64,000 nt of DNA. It comes from Octopus vulgaris (lineage: Eukaryota). Of this stretch, positions 23,481-37,287 are shown piece after piece (the first letter of the stretch is position 1; each line of letters starts with the position of its first letter). Below the pieces are notes generated by a model. The model had not been told where the DNA came from, did not search any database, and worked only from the letters and a program-made list of their open reading frames with translations. Made by a program: the position numbers and the translations under genes. The stretch spans positions 10,788,001-10,852,000 of the forward strand of contig OX597830.1 of NCBI GenBank assembly GCA_951406725.2. Direction: 5' to 3'.

Positions 23481-23891
23481 GGCGCAGGAGTGGCTGTGTG
23501 GTAAGTAGCTTGCTAACAAGCCACATGGTTCCGGGTTCAGTCCCACTGCGTGGCATCTTGGGCAAGTGTCTTCTGCTATAGCCCCGGGCCGACCAATGCC
23601 TTGTGAGTGGTTTTGGTAGACGGAAACTGAAAGAAGCGTATCGTATATATGTATATATATATGTATGTGTGTGTGTGCATGTTTGTGTGTTTGTGTTTGT
23701 CCCCCTAGCATTGCTTGACAACCGATGCTGGTGTGTTTACGTCCCCGTCACTTAGCGGTTCGCCAAAAAGAGACCAATAGAATAAGTACTGGGTTTACAA
23801 AGAATAAGTCCCAGGGTTGATTTGCTCGACTAAAGGCGGTGCTCCAGCATGGCCGCAGTGAAATGACTGAAACAAGTAAAAGAGTAAAGAG
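23481..23891 (+). mobile_element. SINE family A (young)
   Basis: Full length with CpGs retained. Confidence 0.9.
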
Positions 23892-24336
23892 TATAGTGGG
23901 AAAACACAAACACATACATAGAACAGACGTGCATGCACACAATCTCCCTCACACAAATATAAAACACACACACACAGCAGCAGCTCTATAGTATTTTAAT
24001 ATAGGCTTGTATAAAAAAGAAAATAAATGATTCACATTTATTAATATATTCCGCTATGTGAGTGTGTGTATATAGATAAATGGGTGTGTGTGTGTGTGTG
24101 AGCATGTGCGGAGTCAGGTGTATACATGCATACGTGTGTATATATATATGCAGACAATGAACACATGTACACGCGTGTGTGTGTGTGTGTGTGTATACAT
24201 ATGCAGACAATGGTGTTCCAACAGATCCAATTATAATATTAATTATTCTCAACAATGAATGGAGAAACACTGAGAAACACAAGTAATGAATAGAGACGTG
24301 TGTGTGTCTTATATGTATATGTGTGTATGTGATTGC

Positions 24337-24382
<46 letters not shown>

Positions 24383-24857
24383 ATGTATTTATATATATAC
24401 ATTTGCATAATATACATATACTTATATATATATATATACATATATACACACATATACATACATACATATACATATATACATATATACATACATATATATA
24501 TATATACAAATACATATATATACATATAATAATAGAAATAATATATAAATATATACATATATACATACATATATGTACATACCTATATCTATATGTATAT
24601 ATACATGCATATATGGGTAGAGGAAATAAAAAAAAAACGTTGAACACAATGAGAAACGAAAACATAAAAACAAAAACATAGAAACGAACTTTTTTTTTCA
24701 AACAACGAAAAAACAAAGTACAAGACATACAACACAGGGAATATTCCCCTTCTTCAGTTGTCCCTGTTTCGTCTACTCCACGTTTTGAAGGTAAGGACAA
24801 GACACGACTTCGTTAAAACAGTCCTTCCCGCAAAGCAAATTAATTAAAAATCGGGGG

Positions 24858-25580
<723 letters not shown>

Positions 25581-25696
25581 ATAAGGCTATATAAATATAT
25601 TGATACAGATATATACACACACATGTATATATATCTACAGATACATATAAAAATACATGTATACATGTATCCCTATATATGTGTGTTTGTGTATGA

Positions 25697-26000
25697 AAGC
25701 ATGTGGTTTAGTGGTTAGGGTATTCAACTCATGATCATAAAGTCATGAGTTCAATTCCCAGCAAAACATTGTGTCCTTGAGCAAGACACTTCATCTCACA
25801 TTGCTCCAGTTCACTCAGCTGGCAAAATGAGTAGTATCTGAGCCTCAAAGGGGTCAGCCTTGTGACATTCTATGTCCTGCTGAATCCCCCTGAGAACTCA
25901 CATTTAGGGTACAAATGTCCGTGGAGTACTCCACCACTTGCACGTTAATTTCATGAGCAGGTTGTTCCATTGATCGGATCAACTGGAACCCTCATCATCA
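25697..26000 (+). mobile_element. CORE-like tRNA SINE (family C)
   Basis: GTGGTTTAGTGGTTAGGG...GAGTTCAATTCCC...GTGTCCTTGAGCAAGACACTT. Confidence 0.75.
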
Positions 26001-26011
26001 TACCTAATATA

Positions 26012-26095
<84 letters not shown>

Positions 26096-26173
26096 CAGAT
26101 GAATATGGTACTTAAGTTGTGGCACCAGGATTTAGTATGGTATTATCCATACAAATTCAAAGTAAGGTGATTA

Positions 26174-26250
26174 AAATCAAAATAAGCAACAAGGATATCC
26201 AGAGATAATGCAGATATACTTCTGGATATCCTTGTTGCATATTTTGATTT
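26174..26250. repeat. Short fold-back in a truncated relative of the 21.7-kb element
   Basis: AAATCAAAATAAGCAACAAGGATATCCAGA / TCTGGATATCCTTGTTGCATATTTTGATTT; 26100-26195 resembles 21731-21830. Confidence 0.75.
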
Positions 26251-26307
26251 ACACACACATATATATATATCTCACTAGCCACTAAATCTTTTTCTAGTTT
26301 CGTGCTC

Positions 26308-26343
26308 CTTTCTGTCAAAGAGCGTAAGCTCGAAACGTAAAAG
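26308..26343 (+). ncRNA. Hammerhead-like motif with variant core
   Basis: CTTT-CTGTCAA-A-GAGC-gtaa-GCTC-GAAAC-GT-A-AAAG. Confidence 0.5.
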
Positions 26344-27472
26344 ACTTTCTCACTTCCCGAGCGTTAAGCTAATACATCTGTTTGTTGTTTACACACCCGT
26401 CTTTGTCTTTTGTTTTTTTGTAAATTCTAACTATATATATACACATACATATATATATATACATATATATATATATGTATCATCATTATTTTACATCTGT
26501 GTTTTCATATTCTCTTGTTTTATATATGTCTTATAACACACTGCGTCTATTTGTTGTAGTCTTTCATCATCTTGCAAAGAAGCAGCAGAAACGCACACAC
26601 ACACACATACACACTCACACACACACCAAACCTTGTTATTGTGTATGTCACTAATACCGATTACCCTAATAGCTATAACATTAATGTGGTGAACCATAAC
26701 ATCCTAGGTTCAAATCTAGCAAACCCCTACATATGACATATTACTTTTAGCTAACAACAGTTACCATTTGCCTTTCTAGATTTGGTGCTTTATCTCCAAG
26801 AGAGAAATATCTGATGCCGCAACTATTTGACCTAACAATATGAAAATGCAAAATCAAAAATGACGCCAAGCCTCTGTTACTATGAGAAAATGGATATGAA
26901 GCACTAAGCAACGTTATTAAAGAATATAGAGTTTGCCATATTTAGGAAGATTACATTGAATTTTGTCATGCCAGCATGGCAGAATTCTGCTGCAGATTAA
27001 ACAATATCCATTATATCACACTAACTTCTTACCATTATTTGGAACTTGTTTTAGATTCAATAACTTTGACATTGGAATCTAAGACTTGACTTGTTCAGTG
27101 ATCGGAATGGATTTAAGTCAAATTGACAGTAGTTACCACATGAACTTGCGATGCTAATCTCACAGAGAAATCATAATAGAATCTGACTTTCAACTTGAGA
27201 GATATGAAGGAAATGGTGTCTTCATGAAGTATTCTAACAAAAGATATACCCAGCTGCTACACTTTCAGGCCGTGAATTTAAGTATATATGGTTGGGGTGG
27301 GGGGGGGCAGATAATCAATTACATCTACCTGAGTATGTGACTGGTATCTTATTTCAGTGACCTGATAAGGAACACCTTGTTGGAATTTGAACCCAGAATG
27401 TAGAGTGACAGATTCAAATACTGTAAGGAATTTCGTATAAATTACAAATAAATCTGCAAATCCAACACCCCT

Positions 27473-27513
<41 letters not shown>

Positions 27514-27514
<1 letters not shown>

Positions 27515-27942
27515 GATGGACTACAGCAAATATTCTGCTCAATACCACAGATTTGCTTGTCAGTTGTTTGAGCTTAACCAGTTGAGCATGTCCCTTAGTG
27601 GCTGACGATATGTGCATCTCTGATCACGAGCAGAAGTAGTTGGGGAGCATCATAGCCAGGTGTTGAGAGGGATTTTTGGGGGTTTGAATAAATCTCCTCT
27701 AGAAACATGGGTGTTTTGTTCAATATCCTTAAACAATCCTTATTCAGGGACCTTTTGAGCGGGATGAGCTACATGACATCAAGAAAATTATAACAGGGCC
27801 CTCATGCACTCTTTATCTTGATATGAAGTCATCATGTCGTGCACATATGGTTGTGATGCATGTGCTTGGTGTAACCTTATCAGACGGGTAGTCATGATGG
27901 GTGTACTGGACTTCGTATATTTTACCCCAATGTCTGTTTGAT
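27514..27942 (+). mobile_element. (TAA)n-associated retroposon, partial third copy
   Basis: Reverse complement of the 14201-14754 interior; follows (AAT)n. Confidence 0.7.
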
Positions 27943-28282
27943 CACTTGACCACTTGGCCTGCAAGAAACAGTAGCTAAATGCCCCAGAACGATATCATGT
28001 GAAATACATTACTCCTGAATTGGGGAACGGTAAATTTATTTGGCTGTCACAAATGAAACTCGCGTATTTTACAATGTTATCATATAAACAACTTCTGACG
28101 GACCCGGTGCCAATGAACGCCAATGTGAGTATATGTAAATATACATGTGTGTACATATGTGTGTGTGTGTGTGTGTATGTAAATACATGTACACAAATAC
28201 ATGTATATACACATATGTTTGTATTTATGTCTTTATAGATATATATATATATATATATATATACCCACATGTTTGTGTGGAC

Positions 28283-28359
<77 letters not shown>

Positions 28360-28481
28360 GTATATATATATATGTATATATATATGTATGTATGTATGTA
28401 TATATATATATATGTATGTATATATATCAGCCTGTGTGCTTGTGTAATGTGTGTATATTTATGTGTTGGCCAATAAAAGCA

Positions 28482-28521
<40 letters not shown>

Positions 28522-28679
28522 TATAGATATACAATATCGCTTATTCATGTTTTTTTTTTTCTCATTTGCGTTAAAATTATAATTAATATTCATCTATTTT
28601 ACATTATGGTGAAATTGAAAGGGAATTTAATCAGAAAAAATACAATTTTCTAATTTTTTTTTATTTCACTTACACAACG

Positions 28680-29019
28680 TTGATGAAGATGATGATGATG
28701 ATGATGAAGATGATGGTGATGGTAGGCGGTGGACAGTGGAAGTGGTGTTGATGATGATGAGGATGAGGTAGAGGATGAAGAGGGAGGTTGATGGTGGACA
28801 GTGGAAATAGGGTTGATGATGATGACGATGAGGATAAAGACAAGGGTGGTGGCAGGTGCTCATACTAGGGACAATGGGTTTGACAATGGCAATGATGATG
28901 ACGATGATGATGATAAAGATGGTGGCTGTGGTGGTGCTGATGATGACGATGATGATGAATGTGAAGATGGTTGAGGTGGTGACAATGATGTTCATAATGA
29001 CAATGATGATGATGATGAC

Positions 29020-29050
<31 letters not shown>

Positions 29051-29335
29051 TAGATGATGATGGTGACGATGGTGACGATGATGATGATGATGGTGATGAT
29101 GGTGATGATAATGATGATGATGACGATGGTGATGATGATGATGATGACGATGGTGATGATGATGATCATGGTGATGATGGTGACGATAATGACGATGATG
29201 ATTGTGATGATGATGACGATGGTGATGATGATGATCATGGTGATGATGGTGACGATGATGACGATGATGATGGTGATGGTGATGGTGATGGTGATGATGG
29301 TGATGATGATGATGATGACATTGATGGTGATGGTT
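28680..29335. repeat. (GAT/GGT/GAC)n low-complexity tract
   Basis: Seen directly. Confidence 0.9.
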
Positions 29336-29629
29336 AAATGACTTTCTCTGTTCTTATTTCAATTTTATATATTTTGTTTGATTTAGGGGAGTTTATCATT
29401 TTTGGAGGGGTTTTTAAAAAAAATTTTTTTGTTTCGTGACAGGGAAAGAGGCAGTGGGGAGAAGGGGGTGTCTCCTGCCACCCTTCTTCAAAGAAGAAAT
29501 TTCTACCGATTCTTCATAAAAGTCTCAGAAGAAATGTAGAAATGATAGCCACAGAAAATGTCAAAACAAGTGGCGCTACTTGAAATTCCATAAATAATAA
29601 TAATGATGATGATGATGATGATGATGATG

Positions 29630-29678
<49 letters not shown>

Positions 29679-29924
29679 AGCAAATATAAACAATTTTTTT
29701 TCTTTATTTCTGTATTTCTGAGATTTTGTTTAATTTTTTTAGCTTTCTGATTTTTCTTTGGAAACATGAAGAAACATATCTGAATTTTTTTTTTTTGTGA
29801 GAATAGTTTTTCTTTTAATCTTTAAAATGTAATTATGGGGATAATAAACAACAACAACAGCAACTCAAAACATGAAATTTTTCTCACAGATTTCATATAA
29901 AAGACATTCAAACTGATCAAATTG

Positions 29925-31085
29925 CTTGTGTGAATATGTGTGTGCATATGTCTGCATATCTGTGTGCATGTGTGAAAATGTCTACATGTGTGTGTGTATT
30001 TGACTGCATGCATATGTGTGCATTTGACTGTGTGTGTGTGTGCATATATGGACATTTGTCTCTACATGTGCTTGTCTGCATGTGTGTGCACACTCATTTT
30101 TCTGCATCTGTGTGTATGTATGCATGCTTGTAAATTTTTCTGCATTTGTGTTTATGTATGCATGTTTGTGCACTTACTAGTATGTGTATGTGTGCATTTA
30201 TCAACATGTGTGCCTGTCTGTATGTTTGTATGCATATTCATCTGCATGCACGCTTACCTGCACATATGCACGTGGTGCATGTAATCTGCAAGTGTGCATT
30301 TGTCTGCATACACATATGTATTTCTCTGCATGTGTGTATGTGTGTATGTGTGCATGTCAGATTTTATACATGTGCATTTGTCTGCATGTGCATTTGTCTA
30401 CATGTGCATATGCACATTTATCTGCATGAATGTATTATGAGGTGTATTTCTCAGCATACGTGCATTTGTCTGTGCATGTGTATGTATTTCTCTGCATGTA
30501 GGTATGTGAGTATGTTTCACTCTATATATGTGTGTGTTTGCCAGCATGTGTGCATGCATGCATGTCAAAAAGTGTGTATGCGTGCACTTGTTCGCATGTG
30601 TCAATGTGTGTCTGAATGTTTGAATATATAAACATGCAGATATGCATTTGCATATGTGTGTGTGTGTGTGTGTGCATGTGAGAGAAAAAGAAACTGTATG
30701 TTTGCATATGTGTGTGTCTGAGTTTGTGCATATGTGTGTGTATATGTGTGTGAGAGAGAGAGAGAAACTGCATGCTTGTGTATATGTGTGTGTGAGTTTG
30801 TGTGTATGTTTTTGTGTGTGTATGCTTGGGTGTTTGTGTATGCAGGCATGTGACTGTTTATTTGCGTATATGTGTGTGTTTTGTGTGTGTGTGTGTGTGT
30901 GTGTATGTAGTTGTTTCTCTGTGTGCATCTGTGTAAGAGCAAGAGTATGTGTTTTTGTTAATCTGTGTGCGTACAAATTTTCTGTGCATGAGTATTCAAA
31001 AATATAAAGGTATGCGTCCATCCATGTTTATACATGTGCATGTGTGTGTGCATGCGTGTGTGTGTTTATATACATGCATGTATAT
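29925..31085. repeat. Cryptic (TG/CA/TA) low-complexity tract
   Basis: Recurrent TGTGTGCAT and TCTGCATG words over about 1.1 kb. Confidence 0.8.
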
Positions 31086-31430
31086 CATCATCATCATCGT
31101 TCAGCATCTGTTTTCCATGCCGGCATGGGTTAAATGGCTTGACTGGAACTGGTAAACCAAAGAGCTGCACCAGGTTCCAGCCTCATCTGGCATGATTTCT
31201 ACAGCTGGATGCCCTTCCTGATGCCAACCACTCCAACAGTGTAATGGGTGGTTTTCACACTGGTATGGGTTGAATGGTTGGACTGGAGCTGGTAAACTGC
31301 GGGGGGGGGGGGGGGCTGTACCAGGCTCCAGTTTGAATTTGGCTTTGTTTCCACAGCTGGATCCTCTTCCGAACACCAACCACTCCAAGAACGTAATGGG
31401 TGCTTTTTACATGCCACTGGTACTGGTGCC
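31085..31430 (-). mobile_element. SINE family E, two partial copies
   Basis: (CAT)n...TTTCCATGCCGGCATGGGTT...ACAGCTGGATGCCCTTCC, twice. Confidence 0.7.
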
Positions 31431-31500
31431 GTATGCAATGGCACAGGCAAAGGCTATGACTGCAATTTCATTTGGCTTGACAAGTCTGTGTGTGTGTGTG

Positions 31501-31559
<59 letters not shown>

Positions 31560-31646
31560 GAAGAAGAAGAATTTAGAGAAATATTCCACTGGATTATTCT
31601 AAATATATTACTTCAACCATATAGTTTTCCTGGAATATTTAATATC

Positions 31647-31698
<52 letters not shown>

Positions 31699-31700
31699 GT

Positions 31701-32053
31701 AATAAGTGCACTCAGAGAGTGCAAACTTCCGCCAAGGCAACGATTAGCCAGAGATGATTTTTAAAATGAGAATATTTGAAATAAACTTGATTGCTCTCAC
31801 AAATGAGAATGCTAAAAATGAGCCCAACTGTTCTCCAAAGTTAAGTAAAAAAAAATGGAAAAACAATTCAGAGTCCTTGTCCGGTACCAGATTGATCCCA
31901 AAATCTAATCAGTTTGTGCCAGTCACGAGGCCAAACATCCCTGAAAGTTTCATCCAAATCCATCCAGCAGTTCTTGAGATATCTTGTCCACAGACAAACA
32001 AACAAACATGACTGAAAACAATACTTCCGCCTTCGCTAAGGCAGAGGTAATAA
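31701..32053 (-). mobile_element. Helentron/HINE (DINE-1-like) non-autonomous element
   Basis: RC starts TTATTACCTCTGCCTTAGCGAAGGCGGAAG (subTIR plus IR), has a GTTT/GTCT microsatellite, and ends CCTTGGCGGAAGTTTGCACTCTCTGAGTGCAC (subTIR plus stem-loop). Confidence 0.75.
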
Positions 32054-32281
32054 TAAGGATTGCTATGAAGTAGCATCAACATTGCTTTTAATTCCTTTTT
32101 ATATATACATACAGCTTCAAATAGACCTACACGTGTTTCTACTACATCAATTAGTAACTTTTGCATTTGCAACTTTGTTATAACACCGGTGTAGTTTCTT
32201 TAGGGTCATCATTTTAATATTTGTTGATTTCACTGTTTGAATTTCTTTGTGTTCTACGATATGAAGTTGTACATTAATTTA

Positions 32282-32702
32282 CTCTTTACTCTTTTACTTG
32301 TTTCAGTCATTTGTCTGCGGCCATGCTGGAGCACTGCCTTTAGTCGACCAAATTGATCCCAGGACTTATTCTTTGTAAGCCTAGTACTTATTCTATCGGT
32401 CTCTTTTGCCGAACCGCCAAGTTACGGGGACGTAAGCACACCAGCATCGGTTGTCAAGCAATGTTGGGGGGGACAAACACAGACACACAAACATATATAC
32501 ACACACATACATATATATATATGTATGTATACATATATAAGACAGGCTTCTTTCAGTTTCCCTCTACCAAATCCACTCACAAGGCTTTGGTCGGCCTGAG
32601 GCTATAGTAGAAGACACTTGCCCAAGGTGCCACGCAGTGCGACTGAACCCAGAACCATAAGGTTGGTGAGCAAGCTACTTACCACACAGCCACTCCTGCG
32701 CC
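32282..32702 (-). mobile_element. SINE family A
   Basis: Full length. Confidence 0.9.
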
Positions 32703-32724
32703 TATTATATATATATATATAATA

Positions 32725-32887
32725 TACAAACAAGGACAGACAAACGAATTAAGTGGATTACATCAACCCAGTGCGTAACTGGTACTTAATTTATTGACCC
32801 CAAAATTGATGAAAGGCAAAGTCGACCTCAGCAGAATTTGGACTCAGAATGTAACGGCAGATGAAATACGGCTACGCATTTCGCCAT
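32725..32887 (-). mobile_element. SINE family B (partial)
   Basis: Core motifs present. Confidence 0.75.
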
Positions 32888-33636
32888 ACACACACAGATA
32901 CTTATGTGTATGTGCATGTGTGTGATTCTGTGTACATTTATGTGTATGTGTGTGCCCGTGTTTATTATTTAGTATGTGGAGGAAATTATGCTATTATCTC
33001 CTGTAATCATAGTCATGTGTGAGTGAAAGATGTTCTTTTAGTTTTGTTCTTCTGTTCCCTCAAGTGCTCTGTGTTAAACAAGATATTTCCTCATGCCATA
33101 TGTTTTGCTTATACTCCCCAAAATGCAAACAGTCTGAGAGTATCTTCTGGTTTTATCATGTTCTCATCGCTATGTTTGTCTATTTACTCAACAAAGAACA
33201 CATCTTTGTTCCAATTTTCAGATCAGATAGAGAAAAGTGAGAGGTTAACAATTCATAAAATACACATCTTTGTTCCAATTCTTTTCAGATCAGATAGAGA
33301 AAATGGTGAGAGGTTCTGAAAAATCGTAAATTGACATGGGGTCGAGAATCAGAAACACAAAACAATTCATAAAATATTTTGCCATTTTCTGCGAGAGGAT
33401 TATAATTACAGGTTTTTAGATATTAATATGGTAAACAGTTATATAATATAAGTGTGTGAAAAAGATAGACGATGGTTGAGGATTTGAGGCTGAAAGACTC
33501 CAGTTCATGAGATGGCAGCTTACACTACAAGACTAAATTCTACAACCACCACTGTATATCCAACACCCTTAGAAAGTTGTGATGTTGTTCTGGCCTTTTA
33601 GGACAATATTATTTCATAAATAATATTACTGTTGCA

Positions 33637-34196
33637 AGGCAGTGAGTTGGCAGAATCGTTAGCACGCCGGGCGAAATGCTTAGCTGTATTTCGTCTGCCG
33701 CTTCATTCTGAGTTCAAATTCCACCGGGGGCGACTTTGCCTTTTATCCTTTCAGGGCTGATAAATTAAGTACCAGTTGAATACTGGGGCCAATGTAATCG
33801 ACTTAATCCGTTTGTCTGTCCTTGTTTGTCCTCTCTATGTTTAGCACCTTGTGGGTAGTAAAGAAATAGGTATTTTATCTGCCACTACGTTCTGAGTTCG
33901 AATTCCACAGAGGTTGACTTTGCTTTTTAAACTTTCGGGGTTGATAAATTAAGTACCAGTTGTGTACTGGTGTCGAGCTAATCAAATGCCACCTCCACCC
34001 AAATTTCAGACCTTGTGTCTATAGAGGAAACTATTTCATCTGTCTTTACATTCTGAGTTCAAATTCCACCAAGGTCGACTTTGCTTTTTGTCCTTTCGGG
34101 TTCAATAAATTAAGTACCAGTTGCATACTGGGATCAATCTTATTGACTGGCCCCCTCCCCCAAAATTTCAGGCCTTGTGCCTAGAGTAGAAAAGAA
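33637..34196 (+). mobile_element. SINE family B, trimeric
   Basis: One head plus three TTCTGAGTTC...GACTTTGC...TAAATTAAGTACCAGTTG cores. Confidence 0.85.
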
Positions 34197-34304
34197 TATC
34201 ACTGTTGCAGGTTGGGATCACCAGGCCATAGCCAACATAATAAAATACGAGCTTTTATATGCCTACTGAAAAACATTTCCTGTAAATAAACTTACAGTAC
34301 ATAT

Positions 34305-34553
34305 ATCATCATCATCATCGTTTAATGTCCATTTTCCATGTGGCATGGGTTGAATGGTTTGTCAGGAGCTGACAAGCCAGAAAGCTGCACCAGAATCCAT
34401 CTAATTGTCTGTTTTAACATGGTTTCTAAAGCTGGATGCCCTTCCTGGTGCCAACCACTTTACAGTGTACTGTGTGCTTTTTACATGACACCAGCATATA
34501 GACAGACAGAGATGTAGATAGAGATAAGGTGGGTGGGTGGATAGGTAGGTAGG

Positions 34554-34630
<77 letters not shown>

Positions 34631-34930
34631 CATTCAAGCATGATTGTTGCAAAGGCTGCTGACTGGCGCTTGTGCAGGTGGCATGTAAAAAGCAGCCTTT
34701 GAGCATGGCCAATGCCAGTACCACCTGACTGGCCCTCATGCCAGTGGCACATAAAAGCACCCACTACACTCTTGGAGTGATTGGCATTAGGAAGGGCATC
34801 CAGTTGTAGAAACTTTGCCAGATCAGATTGGAGCCCGGTGCAGCCTTCTGGCTTGCCAGCCCTCAGTCAAACCGTCAAACCCATGCCAGCATGGAAAGCA
34901 GACGTTGAACAATGATGATGATGATGATGA
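34305..34930. mobile_element. Two SINE family E copies in inverted orientation around (GATA)n
   Basis: Minus copy 34305-34497; plus copy 34632-34930. Confidence 0.75.
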
Positions 34931-35118
34931 TAGATAGACAGACAGACAGATAGCTTAATAAAGAGAATGAAATAATTGGTTTATAAAGATGAAAACAGCA
35001 GTAGCAATTATGAACTCAATAATAGGTCGTTAAACTCCAGTGTTTTAATATTGTAGTAAAACCATGTGGAAAAGACTTTGAATGTTTATACATAATCAAC
35101 TAAAACAATCCATTAGAG

Positions 35119-35320
35119 CAGTGATTCTCAACTCGGGTTTATATGCCCCCTGAGGGCCCATAATAAGATTTTCGGCAGTCCACACAACAAAATAGAACAT
35201 TGGGGATCCACAATAATATTTTAAAGGTAGCTGAAGAAATTTTGTTTTAGATGTGGGGGTTCACCATAATAAATTAGTAGCCAAAGGAGTTCATAAGTAA
35301 AAAATGGTTGGGAACCCCTG
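35119..35320. mobile_element. hAT (Charlie-like) MITE
   Basis: TIRs CAGTGATTCTCAAC / GTTGGGAACCCCTG; 8-bp TSD CATTAGAG / CTTTAGAG. Confidence 0.8.
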
Positions 35321-35344
35321 CTTTAGAGTAACATCATCATCATT

Positions 35345-35476
35345 TTGACGGTTTAACTGTTTGACCTCAGTTCGACAGTCAACCTTGGTTCAACTGTCGA
35401 CCTCGGTTCAACTGTTGACCTCAGTTCGACAATTTGACTGTTGACTTCGGTTCGACAGTTTGACTGTCGACCTCAG
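35345..35476. repeat. Minisatellite with semi-palindromic units (CTGTYGACCTCRGTTCRA)
   Basis: About 6 units of 17-26 bp. Confidence 0.75.
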
Positions 35477-35809
35477 AAGAAAATTGAACTCAGGCTCCTA
35501 TCTGATCTGGCAATGTTTCTACAACTAGATGCCCTTCCTAATGCCAACCACTCCAAGAGTGTAGTGGGTGCCTTTTACGTGCCACCAGCATGGGAGCCAG
35601 TTAGGTGACACTGGCATCAGCCACATTCAGTTGGTGCTTTTTACGTGCCACCAGCACGAGGAGCCAGTGCCACCTAATTGGCAACATATTCTGAATAAAA
35701 AGCAGAAAAGCATAAATTTCACAAATAGGTCATGATCTGATTACATTCAATGGCTGTTTCATTAGCAATAAGCATCATTAATTTCATAATTTCATAATTA
35801 AGATACATA

Positions 35810-36016
35810 ATAACTTAGCATTTAGATTACTCTGTCAAATTTCATGCTTATTTATTCACATTCTTAAAAAATTATTGTAAATTTATTTACATGTGATTGT
35901 TTACTTTTAGAATGACATTGCAGAGTAAGTGTGATAGGCTGGATGTGGCCAGTTTGAACATGAAATGGGAAGAATCTTTGGGCCGGACACAACTGGTTTA
36001 GATGCTAAATGGTTAA
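35810..36016 (-). mobile_element. piggyBac-like MITE (degenerate)
   Basis: Ends TTAGCATT...ATGCTAAATGGTTAA; reverse-complement homologue of 54408-55042. Confidence 0.55.
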
Positions 36017-36332
36017 ATCAAATTAATTAAAAGCAATGTTTATCCCCATAAAGCATTATGCTGTTTTATAAGATATTTAGTTATGTATGTTTCATTAACT
36101 CAAGGTGATTATTAGTACATGATGTAAATTATGTAACCAAGACCTATTGTCAAATCATCAGAGATATGTAACTTTTATGTCAGATTACTGGACTGTAGGA
36201 ATATTGAAAAAAAATCAACTATTGTGGAGATGGCAGTCAGGAATACACAGGAAATGTTAAATAGTGGCTATTTGATGTGCAATTTGGAGTGTAAGTTGCA
36301 CTAAATGTATATATATATATATATATATATAT

Positions 36333-36531
36333 AAATCCTTAAAATCCTTAAAAGTGTTTTAGCCCGAAGGCCGCGGCCATGCTGGGGCACCACTGCTGAA
36401 TGAGCTACACTAATTTGTGAATCCACCTCTGATACGTGGCACTTGATCAACAAGGGAGTTCGATGCTGTGCCCGCATCCGCGTCTCCTGTCGTGAGGTAG
36501 GCTCATCTGGGACTCCCGACAAGAAGAGATC

Positions 36532-36537
<6 letters not shown>
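36333..36537 (-). mobile_element. 3' end of a CR1-like LINE
   Basis: RC encodes KLDLFLSGVPDEP (ORF2 C-terminal motif), then GGTGCCCCAGCATGGCCGC plus a hairpin and a (TTTTAAGGA)n tail. Confidence 0.7.
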
Positions 36538-36599
<62 letters not shown>

Positions 36600-36735
36600 G
36601 TGTGTGGGTGTTTATATAAATATATAGAAATGTATGTATCAAGATGTGTGTATAATGTACAAAAAAAAGTAGTCTGGTGAGAGAGAAATATTATTTAAAG
36701 GGCACAATTTTTTAGTTCGTTAGGATTTGTGGTTT

Positions 36736-36791
36736 GTGCCTGATGAATGTATTTGAGGTATTTTTCAACATATGAAAATAATTCCAAGCAC
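36736..36791 (+). ncRNA. Decayed hammerhead (relative of 61313-61365)
   Basis: GTGC-CTGATGA-ATGT...ACATAT-GAAA-ATAATTCCAA-GCAC; stem III and cleavage site degraded. Confidence 0.45.
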
Positions 36792-36957
36792 TTAAAGACA
36801 TGGAATGTGTCCTTCAAATAAATAATGTGTGTGTGTGTATGTATATATCTATAGATATGTATGTATATATCTATGTATATATCGAAATCAGACCGCCATG
36901 TTGATTCGTTAGTTCCTGCATGCATTTTTTTTCTCTCTGTGTTTCTTTTCTGTGTAT

Positions 36958-36993
36958 CTTTCTGTTGAAGAGCATAGGCTCGAAATGTAAAAG
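36958..36993 (+). ncRNA. Hammerhead-like motif with variant core CTGTTGA
   Basis: CTTT-CTGTTGA-A-GAGC-atag-GCTC-GAAAT-GT-A-AAAG; same family as 26308. Confidence 0.5.
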
Positions 36994-37219
36994 ACTTGTT
37001 TTATTTCTATTCCTGAGCGCCATACTAATACAATTGTTTGTTTGTACTCCACCTGCCTTCGTCTTTTGTTTATTTTCATAAAGCTTCCCGTTATATATCT
37101 ATACATATATATATACATATGTATGTATGTGTGTGCGTGTGTATATGTATGTATGTATGTATATATATATACTTTGATAGGTTCGCCATTATTGGCCCAG
37201 GCCATGTCTAACTTAATAG

Positions 37220-37287
<68 letters not shown>

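Noticed and set aside
24690-24830. Minus-strand CTGAAGA and GAAAC motifs between (TA)n tracts
   Set aside because: The motifs are in the wrong order for a type I HHR and no valid NUH or stem set could be built; possibly a related element, but not callable.
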